This document shows positions 7,099 through 15,380 of a stretch of DNA of 17,001 nt, piece by piece. The notes below the pieces were generated by a model. That model was not told where the DNA came from. It made no database searches and saw only the letters and a list, made by a program, of their open reading frames with translations. Origin of the DNA: Archangiaceae bacterium (GTDB lineage: Bacteria > Myxococcota > Myxococcia > Myxococcales > Myxococcaceae); contig JAYVCD010000139.1 in the NCBI GenBank assembly GCA_043750125.1, positions 1 to 17,001 on the forward strand. The letters run 5' to 3'. Position 1 is the stretch's first letter. Each line of letters begins with the position of its first letter. The position numbers and the translations under genes were made by a program.

Positions 7099-10000
7099 TC
7101 AGCCCAACGACATTCCCAACTTTTGCCGCAGCCGGAAGAAGTCGTCGCCCAGCGAGAAGGTGATGAGTTCTCGCACGTCGCGCCGCTGGCCGACGGCGGC
7201 CGAGATCGCTTCGGCCGACTCGGGCCGCGGGGTGCCAATCGGAAGATCTTCGCGCAGTAAAATGGTGATCGCCGCGGCCACGTCGCCCGAGAGCAAGAGC
7301 CCGGCGCGATCTGCCGAGAAAGCGAGGGCTTCGATCGTCGCGTTCAGATCGAGCCCCGGGGTGTGGGCCACCGCCATCGCCGGTTCTTCGAGCGCCTTCA
7401 GCGACTTGCGCGAGTACGCCTTGCGCAGCTGCCGGGTCTGCTCGTCGCTGCGGCGACCCAGACCTTCGAACTGTGGTTGGTGAATGCGGACGGTGTTGCC
7501 GAACAGGTCCGCCAGCTCACCGGCCGATAACCGGCGAAGCGCCGGCGTCTTCCCGTAGAGCCCCAGCACCGCCCGTGCGATCAGGAAGCGCTGTTCGCGA
7601 ACGTTGAATCGACGAACGACGTCGGCGCCGACGAAGACGCCCATCGGGTCGGTGGTCTCGAGCACCACCAGCCCTCGCTTGCTCTGGTAGACCTCGAACT
7701 GATCGACCCCGAACACCTGCGCCACCCCCCGCACGGCCTTGAAGACCGGGTGATCGTTCCTCAGGCGGTCGTTCTTGCGGTCGACGCCCCACGACTCGTA
7801 CTGCGGCGGGTAGACCTTGGTGAGCTGGTCACCGACCGCGCGCAGGGTGTCGGCCAGAGCATTGCGCGCCGCCGGGTGAAGCAGCAGCGCCAGGTCGCCC
7901 TCGGGCAGCTTCACGTTGAGCTCATTCGTGAGCTTGAGCTTCAGCTCGGCGTAGAAGGCCAGCTCGGCCTCGGTGGCCTGCTTCAAGAACGCCAACACTC
8001 CAGCGGCACAGAACGCCTTGTCGAGTTGGTGCACCCCTTCCCACAGCTTGAACAGCGCGTGGAGGCTGTCGACCCGGGTGGGATCCGCCCGAAGCAGCGC
8101 ACGGTGAGACTCGACCGCCATCGCGGTGGCAGCGGGATCCCGGCCGAACAGATCGGCCAACGCGATGTGCGAAGCCAGGTTGTTGGGGTCCAGCTCGAGC
8201 ACCCCGCGATGGGTGGCGATCGCCTTCTGCGGGTTGTCCAGCTTCCGGGCGTAGAGCTCGCCGATTCGAAGCCTCAGCGCCACCGCGCGCTTCACGTCCG
8301 GCGCACTGCGGGCCTGTTCCTCGAGCACCACCACGAGCTCATTGAGGTGGCCCATCTTGTCGTACAGCTCGATCAGCCGATCGAGCGTGGTCGCGTCACC
8401 CGGGACCAGCTCGAGCGCCTGCTTGTAGAACGCCGCCGCCTGCGCGTTGTCGGCAAACCCCTCGTCGTAGACCCGACCCAACTGCACCGCGACCTTCGCT
8501 TTTTGAGTCGGAGCCTTCTCGACCTCGAGCAGCCGGCGCAGGCAGTCGGCCGCGGCGGTCCAATTCTTCGAGACGGTGTGAATCGAGCCCAGCCGCTCGA
8601 GCGCTTCGACGCTGTCGGGCTCGGACATCAAGGCCGTTTGCAGGTGCGAGGCCGCACGGGTGCCGTCGTTCAATTGGTCGTGGTAGAGCGCACCGAGCTT
8701 GAGGTGAATGCTCGCCAGCTGCTTCGCCTCGCCGCCCTGTTGAACGCGCACCGCGAACGCCGCCGCAGCCTCGGCATAGTCCTGCTTCTCGAGCGCCAAA
8801 TCGCCCTTGAGCTCGAGCGCTTCGTTGTGCGCCGGCTGGGCGAGCAGCGATTTCTCGAGCAGCGCAGCCGCGCGATCTTTGTCCTTCAGCTGGAACAGGT
8901 GGACCTTCGCTGCTGCGAAGTATTCCTGCCCGGCCGTCGCGTTGTTGCGCTGCGCCAGCCAGCTGTTGCCGCGACGTTCGTGAAGAGCGGCGAGATCCGA
9001 CGCGCCGCCCCGTGAGGCGAGCAGATCTTCGAGCGCCGTCCCCGCTTCGGGATGAAGCGGCTCGGTGTCCAGCACGCGCTGGAAATACGCCGCCGCGCCC
9101 TGGGCGTCTTTCGCCTGATCTCGCGCCAGCCGACCCGCCTGGATCAAGGCTTCGGTGACGGTCGCCTTGTCCTTCGCGCTGGCCGCCAATGCCTCGAGCG
9201 CAGCTCGGGCGCGCTCGTGATTGCCCATGCGCGCGAAGACCCGCACCAGCCCGGTCTGCGCCGGGACCAGGTTGGGCATCAAGGCCAGCGCCGCCTCGTA
9301 GGCCTGCGCTGCGCGCCCCGCGTCGTTCAGCTTGTTCTCATACAGATCGGCCGCGCGAAGCTTCAGCTGCGCCGCATCGGTGGGTTCCTGCACCTGGGCG
9401 CTGCGCGCTTCGTACAGCTCGACCAGGCCCGCATGATCGCCCGCCTTGACCAACGCGCGCTCGAGCATCAGGTGAAGGGCCTCGTCGAGCGGGTCGGCGG
9501 CGTGCGCCGCCTTCAGCTGCTGCACCACCTGGGCGGGCAGCTCAGTGCTCTGACCCTGTTCAATCGCCGCCAGCTTCATCGCCGCCGACAGCTTCGGGTC
9601 GCCCATCGTCTCGGCCAACCGGGCCCGCAGCTCGTTGCGGCGGGTGCGATCGCCGGCACGAATGCGCTCGAGCAGCTTGAGCGCGGCGAGGTTTCGTTCA
9701 TCGAGCCCCAGCGCGATGTCGCAGCAGGCCGCCGCGCGCGACGGCTCGTTGAGCCGGTCGAGGTAGATCCGCGCCAGCTTCAGGTTCGCCGAGATCTTCA
9801 CCTGGGGCGAGCCGACCTGGGTCTGCCGGTCGAGCAGGACGATCAAGTCTTTGGTGTCGTCGCTTGCCGTCAGCAATCGTTCGAGCTGCTGCAGCGCGGT
9901 GAGGTGGTTGGGCGCCAGCCGCAGCACCTCGTTGTACCCCTCGATGGCTTTGCCCGGGCTCTTCAGCTGGTCGTCCCAGATCGCCGCCGCCTGGAACATC

Positions 10001-12108
10001 GCGTTGGCGCGTTCCATCGGGTCGCTGCGATTGGCCGCTTCGGCACGCAAGATCTCGATCAAGCTCTCCCACGCACCCTGCGAGCGGTAGATGCGGCCCA
10101 GCGCGCGAACCGCCGGGAAGTAGTTGGGCGCGAGCGTCATCACTTCCTGGTACGAGGCGATCGCGTCGTTCTCGTTTTTTAGCCGGTGCTCGTGCAGCTC
10201 GCCGATCTTGAACATCAGCTGCGCCGCCTGCTCGGTGGTCGAAGCGATCTCTGCTTCCGCCCGATACATCTTGATCAGGTCGCCCCACTTACCGTCCTGC
10301 GCGTACAGCCGGCCCAGGGCCTTGAGGGCCGGAGGGTAGGTGGGCGAGTGGGCGAGCACCCGTTCGTAGGCTTCGACCGCCCGCCCGCGATCGTTGAGCT
10401 GATCTTCGAGGATCTCGGCGTTGCGATGGGCGAGCGAGACGATGTGGCGGGTGTCTCCTGAAAGAGTGGCTTCCCGCTCGTTGGTCGCGATCAACTCTTC
10501 CCAGAGCCCCGCGCGCTCGTACAGCCGCTGCAGGTTGCGCACGGTCGGAAGGTGGTCCGCGGCGACTTCGAGTACGCGCTTGCAGGACTCGATCGCCCGG
10601 GGCAAGTCGGTCAGCCGGTCTTCGTGAATCGTCGCAATCCGGTTCAGAGTCTGAATGCTCTGCTCGCGATCGGTCGTCTGCAGCAGATCCTGCTCGTACA
10701 TCGCGACCAGCTCGACCCACTTGCCCAGCTTCTCGAACAGCCGAACCAGGGCTTTCTGCGCCGGCAGGTACCCGGGGTTGAGCTTGAGGACTTCGTTGTA
10801 GCGGGCGATCGCCTCATCGGTCTTCTGCAGACGCTCTTCGAGCACCTCGGCAGACTTGAAGAGCCGAATGCCCTTTTGCTTCGGCTCGTCGATCGAGGAC
10901 GCCTCGGCTTCGTAGGTGCCCAGCAGGCCGGCCCAGTTCTTCGAGCGGTGAAACAACTTCCCGAGGTTCGCCAGCGCAGTGGGGTGGCCCGGAATCTTGT
11001 CCAAAATGGCCTGGTAGCGGGCGCTGGCGTCTGCGTCCCGACGCAGCTGATCTTCGAACAGCGAGCCCAACCGCAAATTGATCGCGATCATCTCGCTCTC
11101 GTCGCCAATCGCCCCCACCCAGGACATCAGGACGTTGGCCAGCTCTTCGTACCGGGTCTGGCTCTCGAAAATCCGCGCCAGCTCAGAGAGCACCAGCGGG
11201 TCTTGCGGAGCGATTCGCCGCGCCGCCACCAGCGCCGCCAATGCGTCTTGAGGCCGATTCAGCCGCTCGTACGCTTTGCTGATCTGCAGAAACGTCGGAG
11301 CCGCGTGAACCCCCTGCCCATCGGCTTCAGCCGCCAACGCCGCGAGCTCTTCGTCGACCGTGCCTTCCCGCTGCGCCACCCGCTTCATCGCCGCGAGCAG
11401 CAACGAGTCCTGGCGGTCGAGCGCAAAGGCTTCGCGGAAGCAGGCCGCCGCCGCGGTGAGATCTTTGACCCGGTCTTCGAGCAGCAGCCCCGCCGAGGTG
11501 AGGTAGTGCGCCTTGGCCGCGTCGTCATTGACTACCCGCGCGATCAACTTCTGGGTCGTCACCAGCGATCCGTGATCGGCCTTCTCGGAATACAGCTGCT
11601 CCAGTTGGCACAACAACGTGATGTCTTCTGGCTCGAGCGCCAGGCACTGGGCCCAGGCGGTATTCGCATCGGCTTCACGCGACAACCGCTGCTCGAGAAC
11701 GATTCCTTTTTCGAACAGCAGCGCCGCTTTCCCGCGCTTGTTCTGCGTCGCGTTCAGCTCGGCCTCGAGCAGCGTGACCACCATCTGCCAGTTGCCGACC
11801 TCGGCGAACAGCCTTCGCGCCGCGCGGATGTTGGCCAGGAACTTCGGAGCCAGCTTGTACGCCGCCTGGTACGCGACGGCCGCGAACCGCGGGTGCTTCA
11901 GCGGGTGTTCCCACAGCAGCCCCACCTCGTGGAACAGCAGCGCGGCGGTGGGGTCGGCCCCCAGCCCCTTGGCTTCGCGGTCCAGCGTGGCGATGCGGGC
12001 CCGGGCCTCTTCGTCGGTCTGGGTGGGCGGCAACCCCGATTCAATCGGCATCGCAATCGCCGGAATCGCGGTGGACATCGTCCGGGGATAATCCTGGCCG
12101 TCATTCAT
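7099..12108 (-). CDS. Large tetratricopeptide-repeat protein (~1670 aa, AgmK-like repeat style)
   Basis: Continuous TPR-like units (A..Y..VL...P.H..AL..L.RLY). ATG 12108 has GGAG 9 nt upstream; ATG 12078 is an alternative; the track start 12174 overlaps hutH. No signal peptide or TM seen. Confidence 0.9.
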   Translation of the reverse strand: MNDGQDYPRTMSTAIPAIAMPIESGLPPTQTDEEARARIATLDREAKGLGADPTAALLFHEVGLLWEHPLKHPRFAAVAYQAAYKLAPKFLANIRAARRLFAEVGNWQMVVTLLEAELNATQNKRGKAALLFEKGIVLEQRLSREADANTAWAQCLALEPEDITLLCQLEQLYSEKADHGSLVTTQKLIARVVNDDAAKAHYLTSAGLLLEDRVKDLTAAAACFREAFALDRQDSLLLAAMKRVAQREGTVDEELAALAAEADGQGVHAAPTFLQISKAYERLNRPQDALAALVAARRIAPQDPLVLSELARIFESQTRYEELANVLMSWVGAIGDESEMIAINLRLGSLFEDQLRRDADASARYQAILDKIPGHPTALANLGKLFHRSKNWAGLLGTYEAEASSIDEPKQKGIRLFKSAEVLEERLQKTDEAIARYNEVLKLNPGYLPAQKALVRLFEKLGKWVELVAMYEQDLLQTTDREQSIQTLNRIATIHEDRLTDLPRAIESCKRVLEVAADHLPTVRNLQRLYERAGLWEELIATNEREATLSGDTRHIVSLAHRNAEILEDQLNDRGRAVEAYERVLAHSPTYPPALKALGRLYAQDGKWGDLIKMYRAEAEIASTTEQAAQLMFKIGELHEHRLKNENDAIASYQEVMTLAPNYFPAVRALGRIYRSQGAWESLIEILRAEAANRSDPMERANAMFQAAAIWDDQLKSPGKAIEGYNEVLRLAPNHLTALQQLERLLTASDDTKDLIVLLDRQTQVGSPQVKISANLKLARIYLDRLNEPSRAAACCDIALGLDERNLAALKLLERIRAGDRTRRNELRARLAETMGDPKLSAAMKLAAIEQGQSTELPAQVVQQLKAAHAADPLDEALHLMLERALVKAGDHAGLVELYEARSAQVQEPTDAAQLKLRAADLYENKLNDAGRAAQAYEAALALMPNLVPAQTGLVRVFARMGNHERARAALEALAASAKDKATVTEALIQAGRLARDQAKDAQGAAAYFQRVLDTEPLHPEAGTALEDLLASRGGASDLAALHERRGNSWLAQRNNATAGQEYFAAAKVHLFQLKDKDRAAALLEKSLLAQPAHNEALELKGDLALEKQDYAEAAAAFAVRVQQGGEAKQLASIHLKLGALYHDQLNDGTRAASHLQTALMSEPDSVEALERLGSIHTVSKNWTAAADCLRRLLEVEKAPTQKAKVAVQLGRVYDEGFADNAQAAAFYKQALELVPGDATTLDRLIELYDKMGHLNELVVVLEEQARSAPDVKRAVALRLRIGELYARKLDNPQKAIATHRGVLELDPNNLASHIALADLFGRDPAATAMAVESHRALLRADPTRVDSLHALFKLWEGVHQLDKAFCAAGVLAFLKQATEAELAFYAELKLKLTNELNVKLPEGDLALLLHPAARNALADTLRAVGDQLTKVYPPQYESWGVDRKNDRLRNDHPVFKAVRGVAQVFGVDQFEVYQSKRGLVVLETTDPMGVFVGADVVRRFNVREQRFLIARAVLGLYGKTPALRRLSAGELADLFGNTVRIHQPQFEGLGRRSDEQTRQLRKAYSRKSLKALEEPAMAVAHTPGLDLNATIEALAFSADRAGLLLSGDVAAAITILLREDLPIGTPRPESAEAISAAVGQRRDVRELITFSLGDDFFRLRQKLGMSLG

Positions 12109-12148
12109 GCCGTGGGTCTCCGACTGGCGGTCTGCTTGGAAAATCGAG

Positions 12149-13666
12149 CTAGCACGCGGCCCGCACCGCCCCAAGCAGTTCCCCTGACTCGATCAGCGCC
12201 GCGACCGCCGAAATGTCTTTGTGCAACTCGCGGTCTTTTTCCATGTGCGGCACCTGGGTTCGAATCAATCGATGCGCCGCCAGCGCCCCGATTCCAGGCT
12301 TGTGCGGCAGCCGCAGATCGAGCGCCTGCGCAGCGACCAGCAGCTCGATCGCCAGCGCGTACACCGCGTGTCCCACCACCTGCCGGGCTTTGAGCGCGGC
12401 CGTCATTCCCATCGAGACGTGGTCCTCGCGGCCCGCCGACGAGGGAATCGAGTCGACCGAGGCCGGGTGACACAGAATGCGCGACTCGGCCACCAGCGCC
12501 GCGCTCGTGACCTGCGCGATCATGAAGCCCGAGTTGAGCCCCGAGTTCATCGCCAGAAAGGCCGGCAGCCCAGAGAGGGCAGGGTTGACCAGCTGCTCGA
12601 CCCTGCGCTCGCTGATCGACATCAGCTGGGTCAGCGCCATCGACACCACGTCCAGCGCCAGCGAGACCGGCTGGCCGTGGAAGTTTCCCGCCGAGACGAT
12701 CGACTCGGTCTCGGTGAAGACCAGCGGGTTGTCGGTGGCGGCGTTCACCTCGACCTCGAGGATCCTCCGCGCGAAGCTCAGGCCCTCACGGGCCGCGCCG
12801 TGAACCTGCGGCATGCAGCGCATCGAGTAGGGGTCTTGAACCTTGGCGCAGTGGGCGTGGGTCTGGACCAGCTCGCTTTGCCCCAGCACCTGGCGCAGGT
12901 GCGCGGCGCAGGCCTTCTGACCCTCGTGTGGCCTCACGTCCTGAACTTCGGGCAAGAACGGCTTGTGAGAGCCCAGCAGGCCCTCGAGCGTCATCGCTCC
13001 GGAAACATCGAACAGCTCAGCGAGCTCGTCGGCCCGCAGCAGCGCCGGCACTCCGACCGCGCACATCGCCTGCGTCCCGTTGACCAGGGTCAGCCCTTCC
13101 TTCGCTTCCAGCACGATCGGGCTCAGGCCCGCGCGCTCGAGCGCCACTCTTCCGGGCAGCCGCTGCCCCTCGAACATCGCCTCGCCTTCGCCGATCAGCA
13201 CCAGCGCGGTGTGGGCCAGCGGAGCCAGATCTCCCGAGGCTCCCACGCTGCCCCGCTCGGGGACGATCGGGCTCACCCCGCGGTTCAGCATGTCGAGCGC
13301 CAGTTGCAACGTGGTGCGCCGGACCCCCGAGTACCCTTTGGCCAGCACGTTCGCGCGCAGCAACAACAGCGCCCGGGCCTCGCCCACCGGAAGGGGGCTG
13401 CCGACTCCGGCCGCGTGCGAAAGGATCAGATTGCGCTGCAGCTCGCGCAGATCTTTTTTGGCGATCCGGATCTCGGACAAGGTGCCGAACCCGGTGTTGA
13501 TTCCGTAGGTCGGAACATCGGACAGCGCCATCTTCTCGACCAACGCGCGGGACTGGTCGACGCGGGCGATCGCATGTGCCGCGAGCTCGACTTTGGCCCC
13601 CAAGAACCCTACGTCACGAATCTGCGCCAGCGTGAGGCTGTTTCCATCGAGCTGCACTGTGGTCAT
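12149..13666 (-). CDS. hutH: Histidine ammonia-lyase
   Basis: [19 protein letters not shown] (SH specificity pair of HALs), [12 protein letters not shown] (MIO-forming ASG), [28 protein letters not shown]. Start taken as MTTVQLDG. Confidence 0.96.
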   Translation of the reverse strand: MTTVQLDGNSLTLAQIRDVGFLGAKVELAAHAIARVDQSRALVEKMALSDVPTYGINTGFGTLSEIRIAKKDLRELQRNLILSHAAGVGSPLPVGEARALLLLRANVLAKGYSGVRRTTLQLALDMLNRGVSPIVPERGSVGASGDLAPLAHTALVLIGEGEAMFEGQRLPGRVALERAGLSPIVLEAKEGLTLVNGTQAMCAVGVPALLRADELAELFDVSGAMTLEGLLGSHKPFLPEVQDVRPHEGQKACAAHLRQVLGQSELVQTHAHCAKVQDPYSMRCMPQVHGAAREGLSFARRILEVEVNAATDNPLVFTETESIVSAGNFHGQPVSLALDVVSMALTQLMSISERRVEQLVNPALSGLPAFLAMNSGLNSGFMIAQVTSAALVAESRILCHPASVDSIPSSAGREDHVSMGMTAALKARQVVGHAVYALAIELLVAAQALDLRLPHKPGIGALAAHRLIRTQVPHMEKDRELHKDISAVAALIESGELLGAVRAAC

Positions 13667-13676
13667 CGGTTCTCGG

Positions 13677-13682
13677 ACCCTA
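13677..13682 (-). promoter_or_regulatory. Putative -10 element (TAGGGT) for hutH
   Basis: TAnnnT hexamer 10 nt upstream of ATG 13666 in the 69-bp divergent gap. Confidence 0.3.
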
Positions 13683-13696
13683 ACCGCACAGATCAC

Positions 13697-13724
13697 TTGA
13701 GTCGACGGTTCGCATTGCTATGAA
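13697..13724 (+). promoter_or_regulatory. Putative sigma70-type promoter for lysC (TTGAGT-16-TATGAA, extended TG)
   Basis: TTGAGT 13697-13702, TGc 13716-13718, TATGAA 13719-13724, 11 nt before ATG 13736; no SD. Confidence 0.4.
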
Positions 13725-13735
13725 GCGCGGTTCCT

Positions 13736-14962
13736 ATGGCGTTGATTGTTCAGAAGTACGGCGGCACGTCCGTCGGTGACACCGAGCGGATCAAGAACGT
13801 CGCCCGGCGCGCGATCGCCACCCAGAAGCAGGGCCATGACGTGGTGGTCGTCGTCTCTGCGATGTCGGGGGAAACCAACCGGCTGCTCAAGCTCGTCACC
13901 CAGCTTTCGACCCGCCCGAGCGAGCGCGAACAAGACGTGGTTCTGGCCACCGGGGAACAGGTGACCATTGGGTTGTTGGCGATCGCCATTCACGAACAGA
14001 AGGGGAAGGCGACCAGCTTTCTGGGCGGTCAATGCCGAATCGTGACCGACAGCACCTTCAGCAAAGCGCGGATCAAGAGCATCGACGCAGAGAAGATCAT
14101 CGAAGCCATGGGCCACAAGCACATCGCGGTGATCGCCGGCTTCCAGGGCGTCGACGAAGACGGAAACGTCACCACACTGGGTCGCGGCGGGTCGGACACC
14201 ACCGCAGTCGCGATCGCCGCCGCGCTGAAGGCCGACGCGTGTGAGATCTACACCGACGTAGACGGGGTGTTCACCACCGATCCCAACCTCTGCCCGGCTG
14301 CGCGCAAGCTGAACAAGATCAGCTACGAAGAAATGCTCGAGCTCGCAAGCCTGGGCGCGAAAGTGCTGCAGATCCGTTCGGTCGAATTGGCGATGAAATA
14401 CAAAGTGCCGCTCTGGGTGAAGTCGTCATTCTCGACCGACCCCGGAACGTTGGTCTGCGAGGAGGACAAGTCGATGGAAGACGTGGTCGTTTCCGGAGTG
14501 GCCTACGACAAGAACGAAGCGAAGATCGCGATCCGCAACGTGCCCGATGCTGCCGGCATGGCTGCGCGCATCTTCACCGCGCTCGATGAGAAGGCGATCG
14601 TGGTGGATCTGATCGTTCAGAACCCACCCAAGGCGGGCAAGACCGATCTGACTTTCACCGTCGCCAAGGCCGATTTGATCAAGGCGTCGGACGTGGTGAA
14701 AAAAGTCGCCAAGCAGATCAAGGCCGGGCCGGTCGAGACCGATGACCAGTGCTCGAAGGTCTCGATCGTCGGGGTCGGAATGCGAAACCACTCGGGCGTC
14801 GCGGCGAAGATGTTTCGCGTCCTCGCCCAGGAAGGAATCAGCATTCAGGCGATTTCGACCTCTGAAATCCGCGTCTCGTGCCTGATCGACGCCAAGTACA
14901 CCGAGCTGGCGGTGCGGTCGCTGCACACCGCGTTCGGGCTCGACCGCACCGACGCGAAGTGA
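13736..14962 (+). CDS. lysC: Aspartate kinase (alpha subunit, 408 aa)
   Basis: [39 protein letters not shown], two C-terminal ACT domains ([16 protein letters not shown]). Confidence 0.97.
   Translation: MALIVQKYGGTSVGDTERIKNVARRAIATQKQGHDVVVVVSAMSGETNRLLKLVTQLSTRPSEREQDVVLATGEQVTIGLLAIAIHEQKGKATSFLGGQCRIVTDSTFSKARIKSIDAEKIIEAMGHKHIAVIAGFQGVDEDGNVTTLGRGGSDTTAVAIAAALKADACEIYTDVDGVFTTDPNLCPAARKLNKISYEEMLELASLGAKVLQIRSVELAMKYKVPLWVKSSFSTDPGTLVCEEDKSMEDVVVSGVAYDKNEAKIAIRNVPDAAGMAARIFTALDEKAIVVDLIVQNPPKAGKTDLTFTVAKADLIKASDVVKKVAKQIKAGPVETDDQCSKVSIVGVGMRNHSGVAAKMFRVLAQEGISIQAISTSEIRVSCLIDAKYTELAVRSLHTAFGLDRTDAK
14474..14962 (+). CDS. Putative aspartate kinase beta subunit (internal in-frame start at Met247, 162 aa)
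   Basis: GAGGAGG at 14459-14465, 8 nt before an in-frame ATG located at the kinase/ACT boundary. Confidence 0.7.
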   Translation: MEDVVVSGVAYDKNEAKIAIRNVPDAAGMAARIFTALDEKAIVVDLIVQNPPKAGKTDLTFTVAKADLIKASDVVKKVAKQIKAGPVETDDQCSKVSIVGVGMRNHSGVAAKMFRVLAQEGISIQAISTSEIRVSCLIDAKYTELAVRSLHTAFGLDRTDAK

Positions 14963-15351
14963 GCGACGGGCGGCCTCGCGCAGTCGCCGCCGTCGCGGCA
15001 GTCGCGCTCGCGATCGGAGTCGCCACCTACGTCCTCTGGCCGTCCTCGCACCCCGCGCTCGATTGCCCACCGGCGCAGGTCCACCTGGACCCCGACGGAA
15101 TCGCCCGCTGCGGTCCGGGCGCGCAGCTCGGCGCAGGCGCCCGGCTCACCCTGGGCGTTCCCCTGGACTTGAACCGGGCCACTGCCGACGATCTGGCCCT
15201 CTTGCCGGGCGTCGGCCCCCAACTGGCAAAGGCAATCGTCGATGAGCGAACCCGCCGCGGAAGCTTCAAGTCGTGGGACGAGGTCGACGCGATCCATGGG
15301 GTGGGGCCCGCCCGCATGGCCACCCTCAAGGCGGCAGTGGAGATCCGTTAG
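14959..15351 (+). CDS. ComEA-family helix-hairpin-helix DNA-binding protein (~130 aa)
   Basis: GTG overlaps the lysC stop (GTGA); N-terminal hydrophobic anchor; [29 protein letters not shown]...[16 protein letters not shown]. Confidence 0.88.
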   Translation: MSDGRPRAVAAVAAVALAIGVATYVLWPSSHPALDCPPAQVHLDPDGIARCGPGAQLGAGARLTLGVPLDLNRATADDLALLPGVGPQLAKAIVDERTRRGSFKSWDEVDAIHGVGPARMATLKAAVEIR

Positions 15352-15365
15352 GTTCGTCGGCTCAG

Positions 15366-15374
15366 TGGTATAAG
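15366..15374 (+). promoter_or_regulatory. Putative extended -10 (TGgTATAAG) for a leaderless transcript
   Basis: TGnTATAAG ends 6 nt before GTG 15381; no SD. Confidence 0.45.
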
Positions 15375-15380
15375 GCGCCC

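Noticed and set aside
12149-13666. Possible Phe/Tyr ammonia-lyase or aminomutase of a secondary-metabolite cluster
   Set aside because: The specificity segment reads LILSHA as in histidine ammonia-lyases, and no NRPS/PKS genes are nearby.
1725-15351. recG + cinA-like + comEA as a competence locus
   Set aside because: The genes lie in separate units; COG1058 proteins are nucleotide-recycling enzymes; no comEC, dprA or pilus genes are present.
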